A stretch of 64,000 bases of DNA from an uncultured Candidatus Saccharibacteria bacterium (GTDB lineage Bacteria > Patescibacteriota > Minisyncoccia > Phycocordibacterales > UBA3531), in the NCBI GenBank assembly GCA_964361405.1, contig CAYIAA010000001.1:20917-84916 (forward strand), given 5' to 3'. Positions 35,257 through 44,252 of the stretch are shown piece by piece (position 1 is the first letter of the stretch; each line of letters begins with the position of its first letter). The notes below the pieces were generated by a model. That model did not search any database and was not told where the DNA came from. It saw only the letters and a list, made by a program, of their open reading frames with translations. Made by a program: the position numbers and the translations under genes.

Positions 35257-37767
35257 ATGTCTCTACTCGGGGCTTTTTTTGGATCAAAGGGCGGTATAAC
35301 ATCGCGTGAGCGGGAGCTCCTTCGGCGCGTTAATACTCTTGAGTCTGAAGTCTCATCGCTTACAGCGGATCAATTTCCGGAGCGCACAGGGCTTCTTCGA
35401 GAGCGATATAAAGGCGGGGAGACATTAGATGATTTACTTCCCGAAGCCTTCGCGCTTACACGTGAGGCGGCGAAGCGAACGCTCGGCCAACGACACTTCG
35501 ATGTTCAGATTCTCGGCGGCATCGTGCTTCACGAAGGAAAGATTGCGGAGATGAAAACGGGCGAAGGGAAAACACTCGTCGCGACACTGCCGGTGTATCT
35601 TAATTCGCTCTCTGGGCGTGGAGTTCATGTGGTTACCGTAAATGATTATCTCGCGCGGCGCGATGCGGTATGGATGGGACAGATTTATGCGCTTCTTGGA
35701 CTTTCCGTCGGTGTCATCAATCACGACACGTCGTACCGCTATGATGTGTCTGCGAAGCCTGACAAAGACCGTGAACGCGATGAGAGCGGCTCCTACAAAG
35801 TAATCTATGATTTTCTCCGGCCCGCAGCGCGTAGTGAGGCCTACTCGGCGGATATTACCTACGGTACCAATAATGAATATGGATTTGATTATCTTCGCGA
35901 TAATATCGCGTACCTGAGAGAGGATGTAGTTCAGCGCGAACACCACTTTGTCATCGTTGACGAGGTAGATTCGATCTTGATTGATGAGGCGCGAACACCC
36001 CTCATTATATCGGCGCCTGTCGGTGAAGCTGAAAGCCTATACCCGGTATTCGCAAAAATTGCCCAGTCACTTAAGCGGGACGAAGATTACACGGTTGACG
36101 AGAAACTCCGCGCTATCACTCTTACTGATGACGGCATTGAGAAAGCCGAGAAAGTGCTCGGCGTTGGAAATATTTATACAGACCAGGGAATCAAATATGT
36201 TCACCACCTCGAGACTGCAGTGCGAGCACAGGCTCTCTTCGAGCGGGATAAGGAATATGTAGTCCGTGGCGGGGAAGTTATTATCGTTGACCCTTTCACA
36301 GGCCGTCTTCAGCCCGGGCGGCGCTGGAGCGATGGGCTTCACCAGGCCATCGAGGCAAAAGAAGGTGTGAAAGTGAAGGAAGAGAGCCGTACATTCGCCA
36401 CTGTTTCTTTCCAGAACTACTTTCGGCTCTATGAAAAACTCTCCGGTATGACGGGTACGGCGCTTACATCGGCGGAAGAGTTCGCCAAGGTTTACGAGCT
36501 TGAGACGGTGGCAATTCCCACCAATAAACCCGGCGCGCGTGTCGACCGCGATGACCTCGTCTTTCAGACAGAGAATGGGAAATTCACCGCCGCAGTGCGG
36601 AAAATTAAAGAACTTCACGAGAAAGGAATGCCAGTTTTAGTCGGCACTGCGTCGATTGAAAAAAGCGAAACTCTTGCCACCCGTCTTGGGCGAGAAGGTA
36701 TTCCGCATGAAGTTTTGAATGCTAAGAACCACGAGCGGGAAGGCGAGATTATTGCACGCGCGGGGGAACGCGGGCGCGTGACGATTTCAACCAATATGGC
36801 GGGCCGCGGTGTTGATATAAAACTCGGCGGAGTACATGCGGCAACCGAAGAATACGAAGCGATAAAAAATCTTGGTGGACTCTTTGTTTTGGGTACAGAG
36901 CGGCATGAAGCGCGGCGCATTGATAATCAGCTCCGCGGACGCTCCGGGCGGCAAGGTGACCTCGGCGAGACCCAGTTCTACGAATCGCTCGAAGACCCGC
37001 TCTTGCGCATCTTTGGCCCCGAGCGCATCAAGAATATGATGGGGCGTTTTGGCATTCCGGAAGATGAACCGATACAAAACCGGTTGGTAACAAAAGCAAT
37101 CGAAAGTGCACAGGAGAAAATCGAAGGGTTCAACTTCGACGCCCGAAAGCACTTACTCGAATACGACGATGTGATGAATCATCAGCGCGGCATTATCTAC
37201 AAAATGCGGCGAACGGTGCTCATGGGCGATCAAAGTGCCCTCGAAGCGTTTCTCGAGGAACTCTTGGCCAAGAGCGAGGAGCGCGAGAAACTCACGACTA
37301 CCATTCTAGAGAAAAGGAAATCTTTCGGTGACGGGCCATTTTTCGAAACACTGCGGATGATAGCGCTCCGAACGACCGATATGTTTTGGGTTGAGCACCT
37401 TGAGGCAATGGAGCATATGCGCGGGAGCGTGAATCTCCGCGCCTACGGCCAGCGCGACCCATTGGTGGAATACAAAAAGGAAGGATTGAGTCTTTTTAAA
37501 GACCTGGAACGTTCTGTCCATATGCAGATACTTCATTTCATTTCAAGCATGAGCGATGCAGGCGGGAGAGTAGACGGCGGAGAGAGAAAACTCAAAGAAG
37601 TACATGAGCATGCGACTTTAATCGTGGGCGACAGAGGGCAGAGTAAAGGAGTTCAGCCGCAAAATGGAGAAGAGAAAGTCGGCCGGAACGACCCCTGCTC
37701 GTGTGGGAGCGGGAAGAAATATAAGAAATGCGGTTTTATTAATGATCCGCATCACAAACAACCCTAG
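35257..37767 (+). CDS. secA: Preprotein translocase subunit SecA
   Basis: MKTGEGKT, DEVDSILIDEARTPLIIS, TNMAGRG, RRIDNQLRGRSGRQGD, C-terminal GRNDPCSCGSGKKYKKC. Confidence 0.98.
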   Translation: MSLLGAFFGSKGGITSRERELLRRVNTLESEVSSLTADQFPERTGLLRERYKGGETLDDLLPEAFALTREAAKRTLGQRHFDVQILGGIVLHEGKIAEMKTGEGKTLVATLPVYLNSLSGRGVHVVTVNDYLARRDAVWMGQIYALLGLSVGVINHDTSYRYDVSAKPDKDRERDESGSYKVIYDFLRPAARSEAYSADITYGTNNEYGFDYLRDNIAYLREDVVQREHHFVIVDEVDSILIDEARTPLIISAPVGEAESLYPVFAKIAQSLKRDEDYTVDEKLRAITLTDDGIEKAEKVLGVGNIYTDQGIKYVHHLETAVRAQALFERDKEYVVRGGEVIIVDPFTGRLQPGRRWSDGLHQAIEAKEGVKVKEESRTFATVSFQNYFRLYEKLSGMTGTALTSAEEFAKVYELETVAIPTNKPGARVDRDDLVFQTENGKFTAAVRKIKELHEKGMPVLVGTASIEKSETLATRLGREGIPHEVLNAKNHEREGEIIARAGERGRVTISTNMAGRGVDIKLGGVHAATEEYEAIKNLGGLFVLGTERHEARRIDNQLRGRSGRQGDLGETQFYESLEDPLLRIFGPERIKNMMGRFGIPEDEPIQNRLVTKAIESAQEKIEGFNFDARKHLLEYDDVMNHQRGIIYKMRRTVLMGDQSALEAFLEELLAKSEEREKLTTTILEKRKSFGDGPFFETLRMIALRTTDMFWVEHLEAMEHMRGSVNLRAYGQRDPLVEYKKEGLSLFKDLERSVHMQILHFISSMSDAGGRVDGGERKLKEVHEHATLIVGDRGQSKGVQPQNGEEKVGRNDPCSCGSGKKYKKCGFINDPHHKQP

Positions 37768-37780
37768 CTAGCATACTTCC

Positions 37781-38269
37781 ATGCAAAAAAACCAAAATAA
37801 CTTTGCATTCATTGATAATACTAATGTCTATAAAGGCATTAAAATGATTGGATGGAAATTAGATTTGGTGAGGTTTAGGAAGTTACTTCGAGAACGTTAC
37901 AGTGTTACCCGTGCATATATGTTCATTGGTTATTTGGCAGGTAATCAAGATATGTATCGAGATTTTCAAAATATAGGATACACGCTGATTTTTAAACCAA
38001 CGCTTCCCAATAAAGATGGTGCGGTTAAAGGCAACTGCGATGCTGAACTAGTATTACAAGTGATGATAGATATCAACAATTATGATAAGGCGGTAATTGT
38101 GACAGGTGATGGAGATTTTCAGTGCGTTGTTAAGCATTTACGCAAAATTGAAAAACTCGGCTACGTTATCAGTCCTAATAAAAGATGGTGTTCAATTTTG
38201 TTAAAACGCGAGGCACGAGGAAGTCACGTCTTTATTGAAGAAATGCGCTCAAAATTGGAACTAAAATGA
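37781..38269 (+). CDS. NYN-domain (LabA/DUF88, PIN-like) ribonuclease
   Basis: FIDNTN, KGNCDAELV, VTGDGDF acidic motifs; low GC. Confidence 0.88.
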   Translation: MQKNQNNFAFIDNTNVYKGIKMIGWKLDLVRFRKLLRERYSVTRAYMFIGYLAGNQDMYRDFQNIGYTLIFKPTLPNKDGAVKGNCDAELVLQVMIDINNYDKAVIVTGDGDFQCVVKHLRKIEKLGYVISPNKRWCSILLKREARGSHVFIEEMRSKLELK

Positions 38270-38318
38270 AAAGGGCCCCTGTTGGGACGAACCCAACAAG
38301 GGACCTTTTCGTGTTGAT
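38262..38318 (-). ncRNA. Candidate small hairpin RNA convergent with NYN gene
   Basis: Minus-strand TTGACA(38352-38347)-16 bp-TATACT(38330-38325) promoter, then ~19-bp hairpin (38268-38310) and U-rich tail. Confidence 0.5.
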
Positions 38319-38357
38319 ATCTGTAGTATAGTAAATTGAAGACTAGTGTCAAGTAAT

Positions 38358-38366
38358 TGTGGATAA
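38358..38366 (-). promoter_or_regulatory. DnaA-box consensus just upstream of the minus-strand -35
   Basis: TGTGGATAA on plus = TTATCCACA on minus, 5 bp from TTGACA. Confidence 0.5.
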
Positions 38367-38402
38367 CCATATTTGAAATCCATATTGCATGCACCGAATT
38401 TC

Positions 38403-38534
38403 ATGGAAAATAAAAAATTAGAAAAAATAAAGTGGTATAAAAGTCCGAAAATCGGTGTGCCAGCCATTATCGCTCTGATTCTTACTATGGTGACTGCTAT
38501 AGTGACTATTGTGACAACGTACTGGTGGAACTGA
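38403..38534 (+). CDS. Putative 43-aa single-TM small protein
   Basis: MENKKLEKIKWYKSPKIGVPAIIALILTMVTAIVTIVTTYWWN: basic N-terminus plus hydrophobic helix. Confidence 0.45.
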   Translation: MENKKLEKIKWYKSPKIGVPAIIALILTMVTAIVTIVTTYWWN

Positions 38535-38629
38535 ATATAAATTCAAACCAGGCATCTACGAGTATTTTAGGCGAGTGATGCTTGAAGAGGCCGAAGAGTA
38601 CCTATAAGATACAAAGCGTTCAGATAACA

Positions 38630-38700
38630 CGGGCTGTAGTATACCGGTAGTACGCATGCATGGGGTGCATGTAGACCGGGTTCAATTCCCGGCAGCCCGA
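38630..38700 (+). tRNA. tRNA-Pro(GGG), CCA not encoded
   Basis: Acceptor CGGGCTG/CAGCCCG, anticodon stem CATGC/GCATG with loop AT-GGG-GT, GGTTCAATTCC T-arm. Confidence 0.95.
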
Positions 38701-38828
38701 GTTCAATGAGGGATGAGCACGCAAATTGTTTTGCGTGCGTCCGGAAATTGAAAGGATTTTCTATAGCCCCGTCTTGCGGGGCCAGAAAATCACCTGGCTA
38801 CGTGGTAGCCAATTCCCGGCAGCCCGAG
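38683..38828 (+). repeat. 19-bp direct repeat of tRNA-Pro 3' end (att-like) flanking 108 bp
   Basis: CAATTCCCGGCAGCCCGAG at 38683-38701 and 38810-38828. Confidence 0.9.
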
Positions 38829-38943
38829 CGCAGCGAGGGGTGAGCGCACTTGCTTTCTTTTGATATTCCGCTACTCTGACCTTGGTATTCGGCCGGACAG
38901 ACCGGCTCTCTTTGTGCCTTTACAACAAAAAGAGGAATTTTCG

Positions 38944-39582
38944 ATGGACGTGACAAAGCGAAAGGTCCTGGGAATTCTCAACAAAGTCGGCGCTGTCATC
39001 ACCGATAGTCACATTGTTTACGCATCGTGGCTGCATGGTACGGCTTACATCGACAAGGATGCCCTCTACCCGCACACCAAAGAGACATCGCGTCTCTGCC
39101 GAGAAATAGCCGAACAGTTCTCTGATGACGACGTGGAGGCGGTGGTCGCCCCAGAGAAAGGTGGAATAATTCTTTCGCAGTGGGTGGCATTCCATCTTTC
39201 CAAAATTACCGGCCGGGAAGTGCTCGCGTTCTATGCAGAGAAAAAGAGCGGTGGCTTCATCGTTGAACGCGGTGGCGCCCGGACACAGCTTCGCGGAAGG
39301 AATGTTTTGGTAGTGGAAGATGTTCTTACCACTGGACGCTCTGCCAAGTTGGTGATCGAAGCCGTTCGGGTAGTTGGCGGCACCGTCATCGGTCTCGGCG
39401 CGCTTGTGAACCGCGGAGGAATCACGTTGAAAGATACGGGAAATGTTCCCAGACTTATCTCACTCGTTAACATCAAGCTTAATGTATGGGATAAGAAAGA
39501 CTGTTTTCTTTGCAGGGACGGGGTGCCAGTCAACGCTGATATTGGCAGAGGTCTGGAATTTCTTGCGAATCAGGAGAAATGA
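38944..39582 (+). CDS. pyrE: Orotate phosphoribosyltransferase-like PRTase
   Basis: VLVVEDVLTTGRS PRPP-binding motif, YAEK; start at ATG 38944. Confidence 0.8.
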   Translation: MDVTKRKVLGILNKVGAVITDSHIVYASWLHGTAYIDKDALYPHTKETSRLCREIAEQFSDDDVEAVVAPEKGGIILSQWVAFHLSKITGREVLAFYAEKKSGGFIVERGGARTQLRGRNVLVVEDVLTTGRSAKLVIEAVRVVGGTVIGLGALVNRGGITLKDTGNVPRLISLVNIKLNVWDKKDCFLCRDGVPVNADIGRGLEFLANQEK

Positions 39583-39600
39583 ATAGGGGTATTCCCCCGT

Positions 39601-39636
39601 GGGGTGGAAGTCAAATGATTTCCACCCTTTTTATTT
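39601..39636 (+). terminator. Intrinsic terminator
   Basis: GGGTGGAAGTCA-loop-TGATTTCCACCC followed by TTTTTATTTT. Confidence 0.75.
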
Positions 39637-39649
39637 TCATGTTTTATTT

Positions 39650-39762
39650 ATAAAGGACATGGAATCTATTTCTATGTCCTTTATCTTCACCTCGATGAAA
39701 TAAGACAATGTCTTTTATAAACCTTCTTGAAAAATGTCCTTTTCAAGCTATTGGACATTTTT
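39650..39762. promoter_or_regulatory. Cluster of GGACAT/ATGTCC inverted repeats (putative operator array)
   Basis: ATAAAGGACAT-N13-ATGTCCTTTAT; AAGACA-A-TGTCTT; AAAAATGTCC-N13-GGACATTTTT. Confidence 0.5.
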
Positions 39763-39849
39763 TTGACTAAAATAACCAGATACAATCATTGACTATTGAA
39801 GTACTGCAAGTATGATTGACCCATTATAGATAAAACTAAGAGTTTCTTA

Positions 39850-42546
39850 ATGTATTCACTAAGTTTCGGTTATAGGGAGAAATGGGTAATTGGAGTGGCT
39901 ACTTCTTTTTCTTTCGCTCTGTTTTTTCTTGGAGCACTCATCACTCCAATAGCGTTTGCTACCGGTGGTGACAGTGGTACGTCATATACACCGACATGTC
40001 CTTTTGAGCCAACAGAAGGAAGAATTATTGTCGCCCTCAATAAAAAACTTTTCTCTGACCAAGAATCCACCGCAATTCAAGGGCCGGTAAATTTGTGGCC
40101 ATTGCTAGGGGCGGGAACCTATGATGTTTCACTAGCTTCGTATGATGTTGAACATTCTGATGAACCAATGGAGGAAAATGAAAGCTGGTTCCTTACTCTC
40201 GAGAGTGCGCTCGGTTCGTCGGTTGCGACAACGAGCGCAATTGATGATTTGCCTGACCAAGACAAAAGTATTTCGCAAAAAGTAAATGAGAATTTGACGC
40301 TTACCGAAGACGTGAGAAAAATCTTCGTCCAACACACCGCCTATCCGACTGATCTCCCGAACAGCATTACGGCTGTATGTGTGGCATTTGATAGGAATGT
40401 AAACCAAGAGCCACCGACAACTGGACCTGTGTGTGGAAATAAGGCACTTGAGGGGGGAGAGATGTGCGACGATGGAAACACCACACCCGGTGACGGTTGT
40501 TCCGCTATATGCACACTTGAAACTCTCATATGTGAGGACACCGGAGAGAAATCTGGATGGTACGGTGAATATTTCAATTACTCCAGCGATCATCCGGCAA
40601 TGGAGCTTCCGGCCGAGGAGTGGGGGGCGAACTACGGCGATCCGCTCTCGGCAACCTCGACGTGGACCGCGGACTGGTATGACGAACAATATTTTAGATT
40701 TTCTCGGATTGACCCGACACTCTCTTTCGGGAGTGCTTTTTTTCCTTTTGACGTAGCTGCGGAGGAACTTGATAACGATGAGAACCGGAGAAGTCACGAC
40801 TACCACTTCGGAGTACATTGGAGGGCCCGAGTGGGGGGAGTGCCCGGCGAGTATTCTTATACACTCATATCCGACGATGATGCATGGGTATACGTTGATG
40901 GAATTCTCATCGACACCATCCCCGGTGTTCACCCACCTCAAACCATCGAGGGGAATCTTTCACTTACCGGGGTCAATGTCATTGATGTCTATTTTGCCGA
41001 GCGACATACAGTCCTTTCATACCTCGATTTTTCCATAGACGGAGACCTTGAGATTGCACCTCTCGGTCCGTCATGCGAAATACCCGGGACAATTTCCGGC
41101 GTGAAGTATTTCGACCGGAACGCAAACGGCGCGCACGATCAAGATGAGGAGGAGATTCCCGGTTGGGGAGTGACGCTCACTCGCGGCGGTGTCGAGTATG
41201 CAACGACGACGACAGATGCAAACGGCACCTATTCATTCACTGACTTGTCACCTGGATTCTATGCAGTGTCTGAAGAAAAGCGTGAAGGTTGGACTGAAAC
41301 ATCTACCGGGACCACAAGCCCGTATTCGTTCTCCGTTCTTGGAAATGGCGTGGTCTTTAGTAATGGAGATTTCGGTAATGTTGCCTCAACGAGCGTTATA
41401 CATGGCACAAAGTATGAAGATATTGATGGCGATGGAGTGTGGGACGAAGAAGAACCGGGTCTCCCCGGGTGGGAAATTAAGCTCTCACGCGCCGGCGTTC
41501 TCTTCGCTACTACGACCACAGCGATTGACGGGACGTATGCTTTTAACAATCTTGCTCCAATTACGTACGTTGTCACTGAAGAAGTACGGGAAGGATGGCT
41601 AAGGACACAACCGGCCGAGGAGGGTTATACGGTAAGTCTCATTCCGAACGAGGAACGCGAATACATTGATTTCGGCAACCACAAAATCGCGACAACGACA
41701 CTTATTATTTCAAACGAAGGAGAAGAGAATATCACGGAGACAAGCGTAACGCTTACATGGGCTACGAATATACCCGCATCAAGCGTTGTCGTTTACGCTA
41801 CGACATCTGTACCCACCTTCGGTACGGCGCCACTCTATGGATACGGAACAACTTCACCGATAGATTCAACGTTCGTCACATCGCATGCGATAGGACTTTC
41901 GGGACTTACCCCCAATACAACCTATTACTGGAGGGGCGTGTCGACTTCCTCATCGACACCGCCTCTTGAGGCAGTTGGTGGAGAGCAGTCGTTTGTAACA
42001 CAGTCGCACAATGATGGAGGTAATGGAGACAATGGCGGTGGGGATGGCAATGACGGAGGTAATGGAGACAATGGCGGAGGTAGTGGTGGAGTCGGGGGAA
42101 CTGAAACAGGAAGTGGAGGCAGTGGGGGAGGCGGTGGCGGTACTATCTTTCAGAACAGCTCACTTGCTTATGGCTTTACACAAGGCGCTACCGGTGGTAC
42201 CCCGATTCTCGGAGTGGGTGTTCCACTTTTTGTCTTGGATCCAGGATCTGGAACTTCTTTACCGCCCTCGCCTGATGCCGATGGTGTCCTTCCGGACAAT
42301 GAAGGAGTGCCGAGTGGTACTTCTCTTCTCACCGATGATGATACAAGCGGAAGCGTAGAGGAAGACGAGGTGGGAACGACGACAACCAATGAAATAACTC
42401 AGGCTGCAGGGCTCATTTTCTTCGGGCTCGACATCAGAATCTGGGCTTTGATACTCCTCGCAATCGCAATTATTCTCTTCATTATCTGGTATTCAAGGAA
42501 AGACGAGGAAGAAGAAAATCAACCCAAAATTCCCTTTCACACCTAA
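39850..42546 (+). CDS. Large membrane-anchored surface protein (Cys-rich repeat, PA14-like, 2x SdrD-B-like, FN3-like, Gly-rich linker, C-terminal TM)
   Basis: Signal peptide; CGNKALEGGEMCDDGNTTPGDGCSAIC; SDDDAWVYVDG; ISGVKYFDRNANG and IHGTKYEDIDGDG; LSGLTPNTTYYW; TM plus charged tail. Confidence 0.8.
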   Translation: MYSLSFGYREKWVIGVATSFSFALFFLGALITPIAFATGGDSGTSYTPTCPFEPTEGRIIVALNKKLFSDQESTAIQGPVNLWPLLGAGTYDVSLASYDVEHSDEPMEENESWFLTLESALGSSVATTSAIDDLPDQDKSISQKVNENLTLTEDVRKIFVQHTAYPTDLPNSITAVCVAFDRNVNQEPPTTGPVCGNKALEGGEMCDDGNTTPGDGCSAICTLETLICEDTGEKSGWYGEYFNYSSDHPAMELPAEEWGANYGDPLSATSTWTADWYDEQYFRFSRIDPTLSFGSAFFPFDVAAEELDNDENRRSHDYHFGVHWRARVGGVPGEYSYTLISDDDAWVYVDGILIDTIPGVHPPQTIEGNLSLTGVNVIDVYFAERHTVLSYLDFSIDGDLEIAPLGPSCEIPGTISGVKYFDRNANGAHDQDEEEIPGWGVTLTRGGVEYATTTTDANGTYSFTDLSPGFYAVSEEKREGWTETSTGTTSPYSFSVLGNGVVFSNGDFGNVASTSVIHGTKYEDIDGDGVWDEEEPGLPGWEIKLSRAGVLFATTTTAIDGTYAFNNLAPITYVVTEEVREGWLRTQPAEEGYTVSLIPNEEREYIDFGNHKIATTTLIISNEGEENITETSVTLTWATNIPASSVVVYATTSVPTFGTAPLYGYGTTSPIDSTFVTSHAIGLSGLTPNTTYYWRGVSTSSSTPPLEAVGGEQSFVTQSHNDGGNGDNGGGDGNDGGNGDNGGGSGGVGGTETGSGGSGGGGGGTIFQNSSLAYGFTQGATGGTPILGVGVPLFVLDPGSGTSLPPSPDADGVLPDNEGVPSGTSLLTDDDTSGSVEEDEVGTTTTNEITQAAGLIFFGLDIRIWALILLAIAIILFIIWYSRKDEEEENQPKIPFHT
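42009..42077 (+). repeat. Intragenic tandem duplication (39-bp period) encoding NDGGNGDNGGG
   Basis: CAATGAYGGAGGTAATGGAGACAATGGCGG at 42009 and 42048. Confidence 0.8.
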
Positions 42547-42592
42547 AAAAGAGGTAGCCAATAAGAAAGAGTCTCCATGTTAGACTTGGCGA

Positions 42593-43519
42593 ATGTCTCT
42601 ACAACTCCCCGGTCTTCGGTATGATGTAGATCTTCGTTCTCTTACCACGCTGGGTATTGGAGGAAGAGCGAAGTATCTTTTTAAGGCGAGGGATGTATCC
42701 CAACTTGCCCACGCGGTAAAAGAAGCTCGCCGTGCCCGAATGAGATGGGTGGTTCTCGCGGGCGGAAGTAATGTCGTTATTTCAGACCGACACATTAACG
42801 CTCTTGTTATTTTATTGTCCGGAAGCGGTCTAGAACTGAAAGGTAAGACTGTTATCGTAAAAGCGGGGACCCCGCTTTCAGAATTGATAGAGGGTGTTAT
42901 TCGAGCCGGGCTTTGCGGTCTCGAGACTCTCTCTGGCATTCCGGGGAGCGTCGGCGGGGCGATTCTCGGGAATGCCGGCGCTTACGGGCAGTCTATATCC
43001 GATCACCTTATGCGAGTCACGATTTTTGACGGAAAGACAGTCCGCTCGATTGGAAAAGAGAAATGTGGCTTTTCATATCGAGAAAGTATTTTTAAACGTA
43101 AACCTTGGATTATCACGGAAGCGCAGTTTTCCCTAGCGCGCGGAGACAGGAAATTGCTCACAAAGCGCGCTCAAGAAATCATGGCTATTCGGGAGAAAAA
43201 ATACCCACCGGGGTTGCGTTGTCCGGGGAGTTTTTTTAAAAACGTACTCGTCCGGAGTGTTACGAAACGTACATTGACATTGATTCCCCGAGAAAAGATT
43301 ATTGATGGGAAAATTCCCACTGGCTATCTTTTGGAGCGGGTCGGTGCATGCGGTATGCGCCATGGCGGCATTGAGATTGCGGAGTATCACGGCAACTTGC
43401 TTTTGAATCGAAGGAGGGGAACATACCGTGACGTGCGCGCTCTTGCATCTGTACTGAAGCGTCGCGTGAAGCGGAGATTCGGAATCACTCTCGAAGAAGA
43501 GATTCACTATATTCAATAA
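42593..43519 (+). CDS. murB: UDP-N-acetylenolpyruvoylglucosamine reductase
   Basis: GIGGRA, GGSNV, GIPGSVGGAILGNAGAYG, FSYRES, GSFFKN. Confidence 0.95.
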   Translation: MSLQLPGLRYDVDLRSLTTLGIGGRAKYLFKARDVSQLAHAVKEARRARMRWVVLAGGSNVVISDRHINALVILLSGSGLELKGKTVIVKAGTPLSELIEGVIRAGLCGLETLSGIPGSVGGAILGNAGAYGQSISDHLMRVTIFDGKTVRSIGKEKCGFSYRESIFKRKPWIITEAQFSLARGDRKLLTKRAQEIMAIREKKYPPGLRCPGSFFKNVLVRSVTKRTLTLIPREKIIDGKIPTGYLLERVGACGMRHGGIEIAEYHGNLLLNRRRGTYRDVRALASVLKRRVKRRFGITLEEEIHYIQ

Positions 43520-43522
43520 TGA

Positions 43523-44197
43523 ATGTCGATGGATTTACGGAAATTAAAAACAAGAAAAGAGCGCGTACGAAAAATTACCGCCGCACTTAAAAAACTATAT
43601 CCCAATGCGAAGATCGCACTCCATTACCAAAACACCTGGGAACTTTTGGTTTCTGTCATACTCTCGGCCCAGTGCACGGACAAGATGGTAAACCGTGTCA
43701 CCGAGAAACTTTTTCAAAAATACCGAACGCTCGACGACTATATTCATGCTGACCCGAAGATATTTGCAGAAGACATAAAATCGACGGGGTTTTACCGCAA
43801 TAAAGCGAAGAATATCCTCGCGGCTGCGCGACTCGTGAGAGAGAAGTTTAAGGACCAAGTCCCCGGCACAATGTCTGAACTCCTTACTTTGCCCGGTGTT
43901 GCTCGGAAAACCGCAAATGTTATTCTCGGAAATGACTTCGGCGTGATTGAGGGTATTGCTGTTGATACGCACGTGAAGCGATTCGCACGGAAGTTTGACC
44001 TTTCGGATTTTACCGACCCAGTGAAGATTGAGCGCGATTTGATGGAGCTTTTCCCGCGCGCGGAATGGTTTCCGCTCACGTATCGTTTGATTGAGTATGG
44101 CCGAACAGAGTGCCCAGCAAGAAAGCATAGATGCAGTGATCACCCGCTCACAAAAATATATCCACCCGCGGCGCGTTCTTGGCCGAGGGCGCACTAA
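43523..44197 (+). CDS. nth: Endonuclease III
   Basis: LSAQCTD, LPGVARKTAN HhH, VDTHV. Confidence 0.95.
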   Translation: MSMDLRKLKTRKERVRKITAALKKLYPNAKIALHYQNTWELLVSVILSAQCTDKMVNRVTEKLFQKYRTLDDYIHADPKIFAEDIKSTGFYRNKAKNILAAARLVREKFKDQVPGTMSELLTLPGVARKTANVILGNDFGVIEGIAVDTHVKRFARKFDLSDFTDPVKIERDLMELFPRAEWFPLTYRLIEYGRTECPARKHRCSDHPLTKIYPPAARSWPRAH

Positions 44198-44252
44198 TTC
44201 TTTGAGGACAATTGATGACTATGTTAAGATCTGAAACTCCAACCTTTATTTT

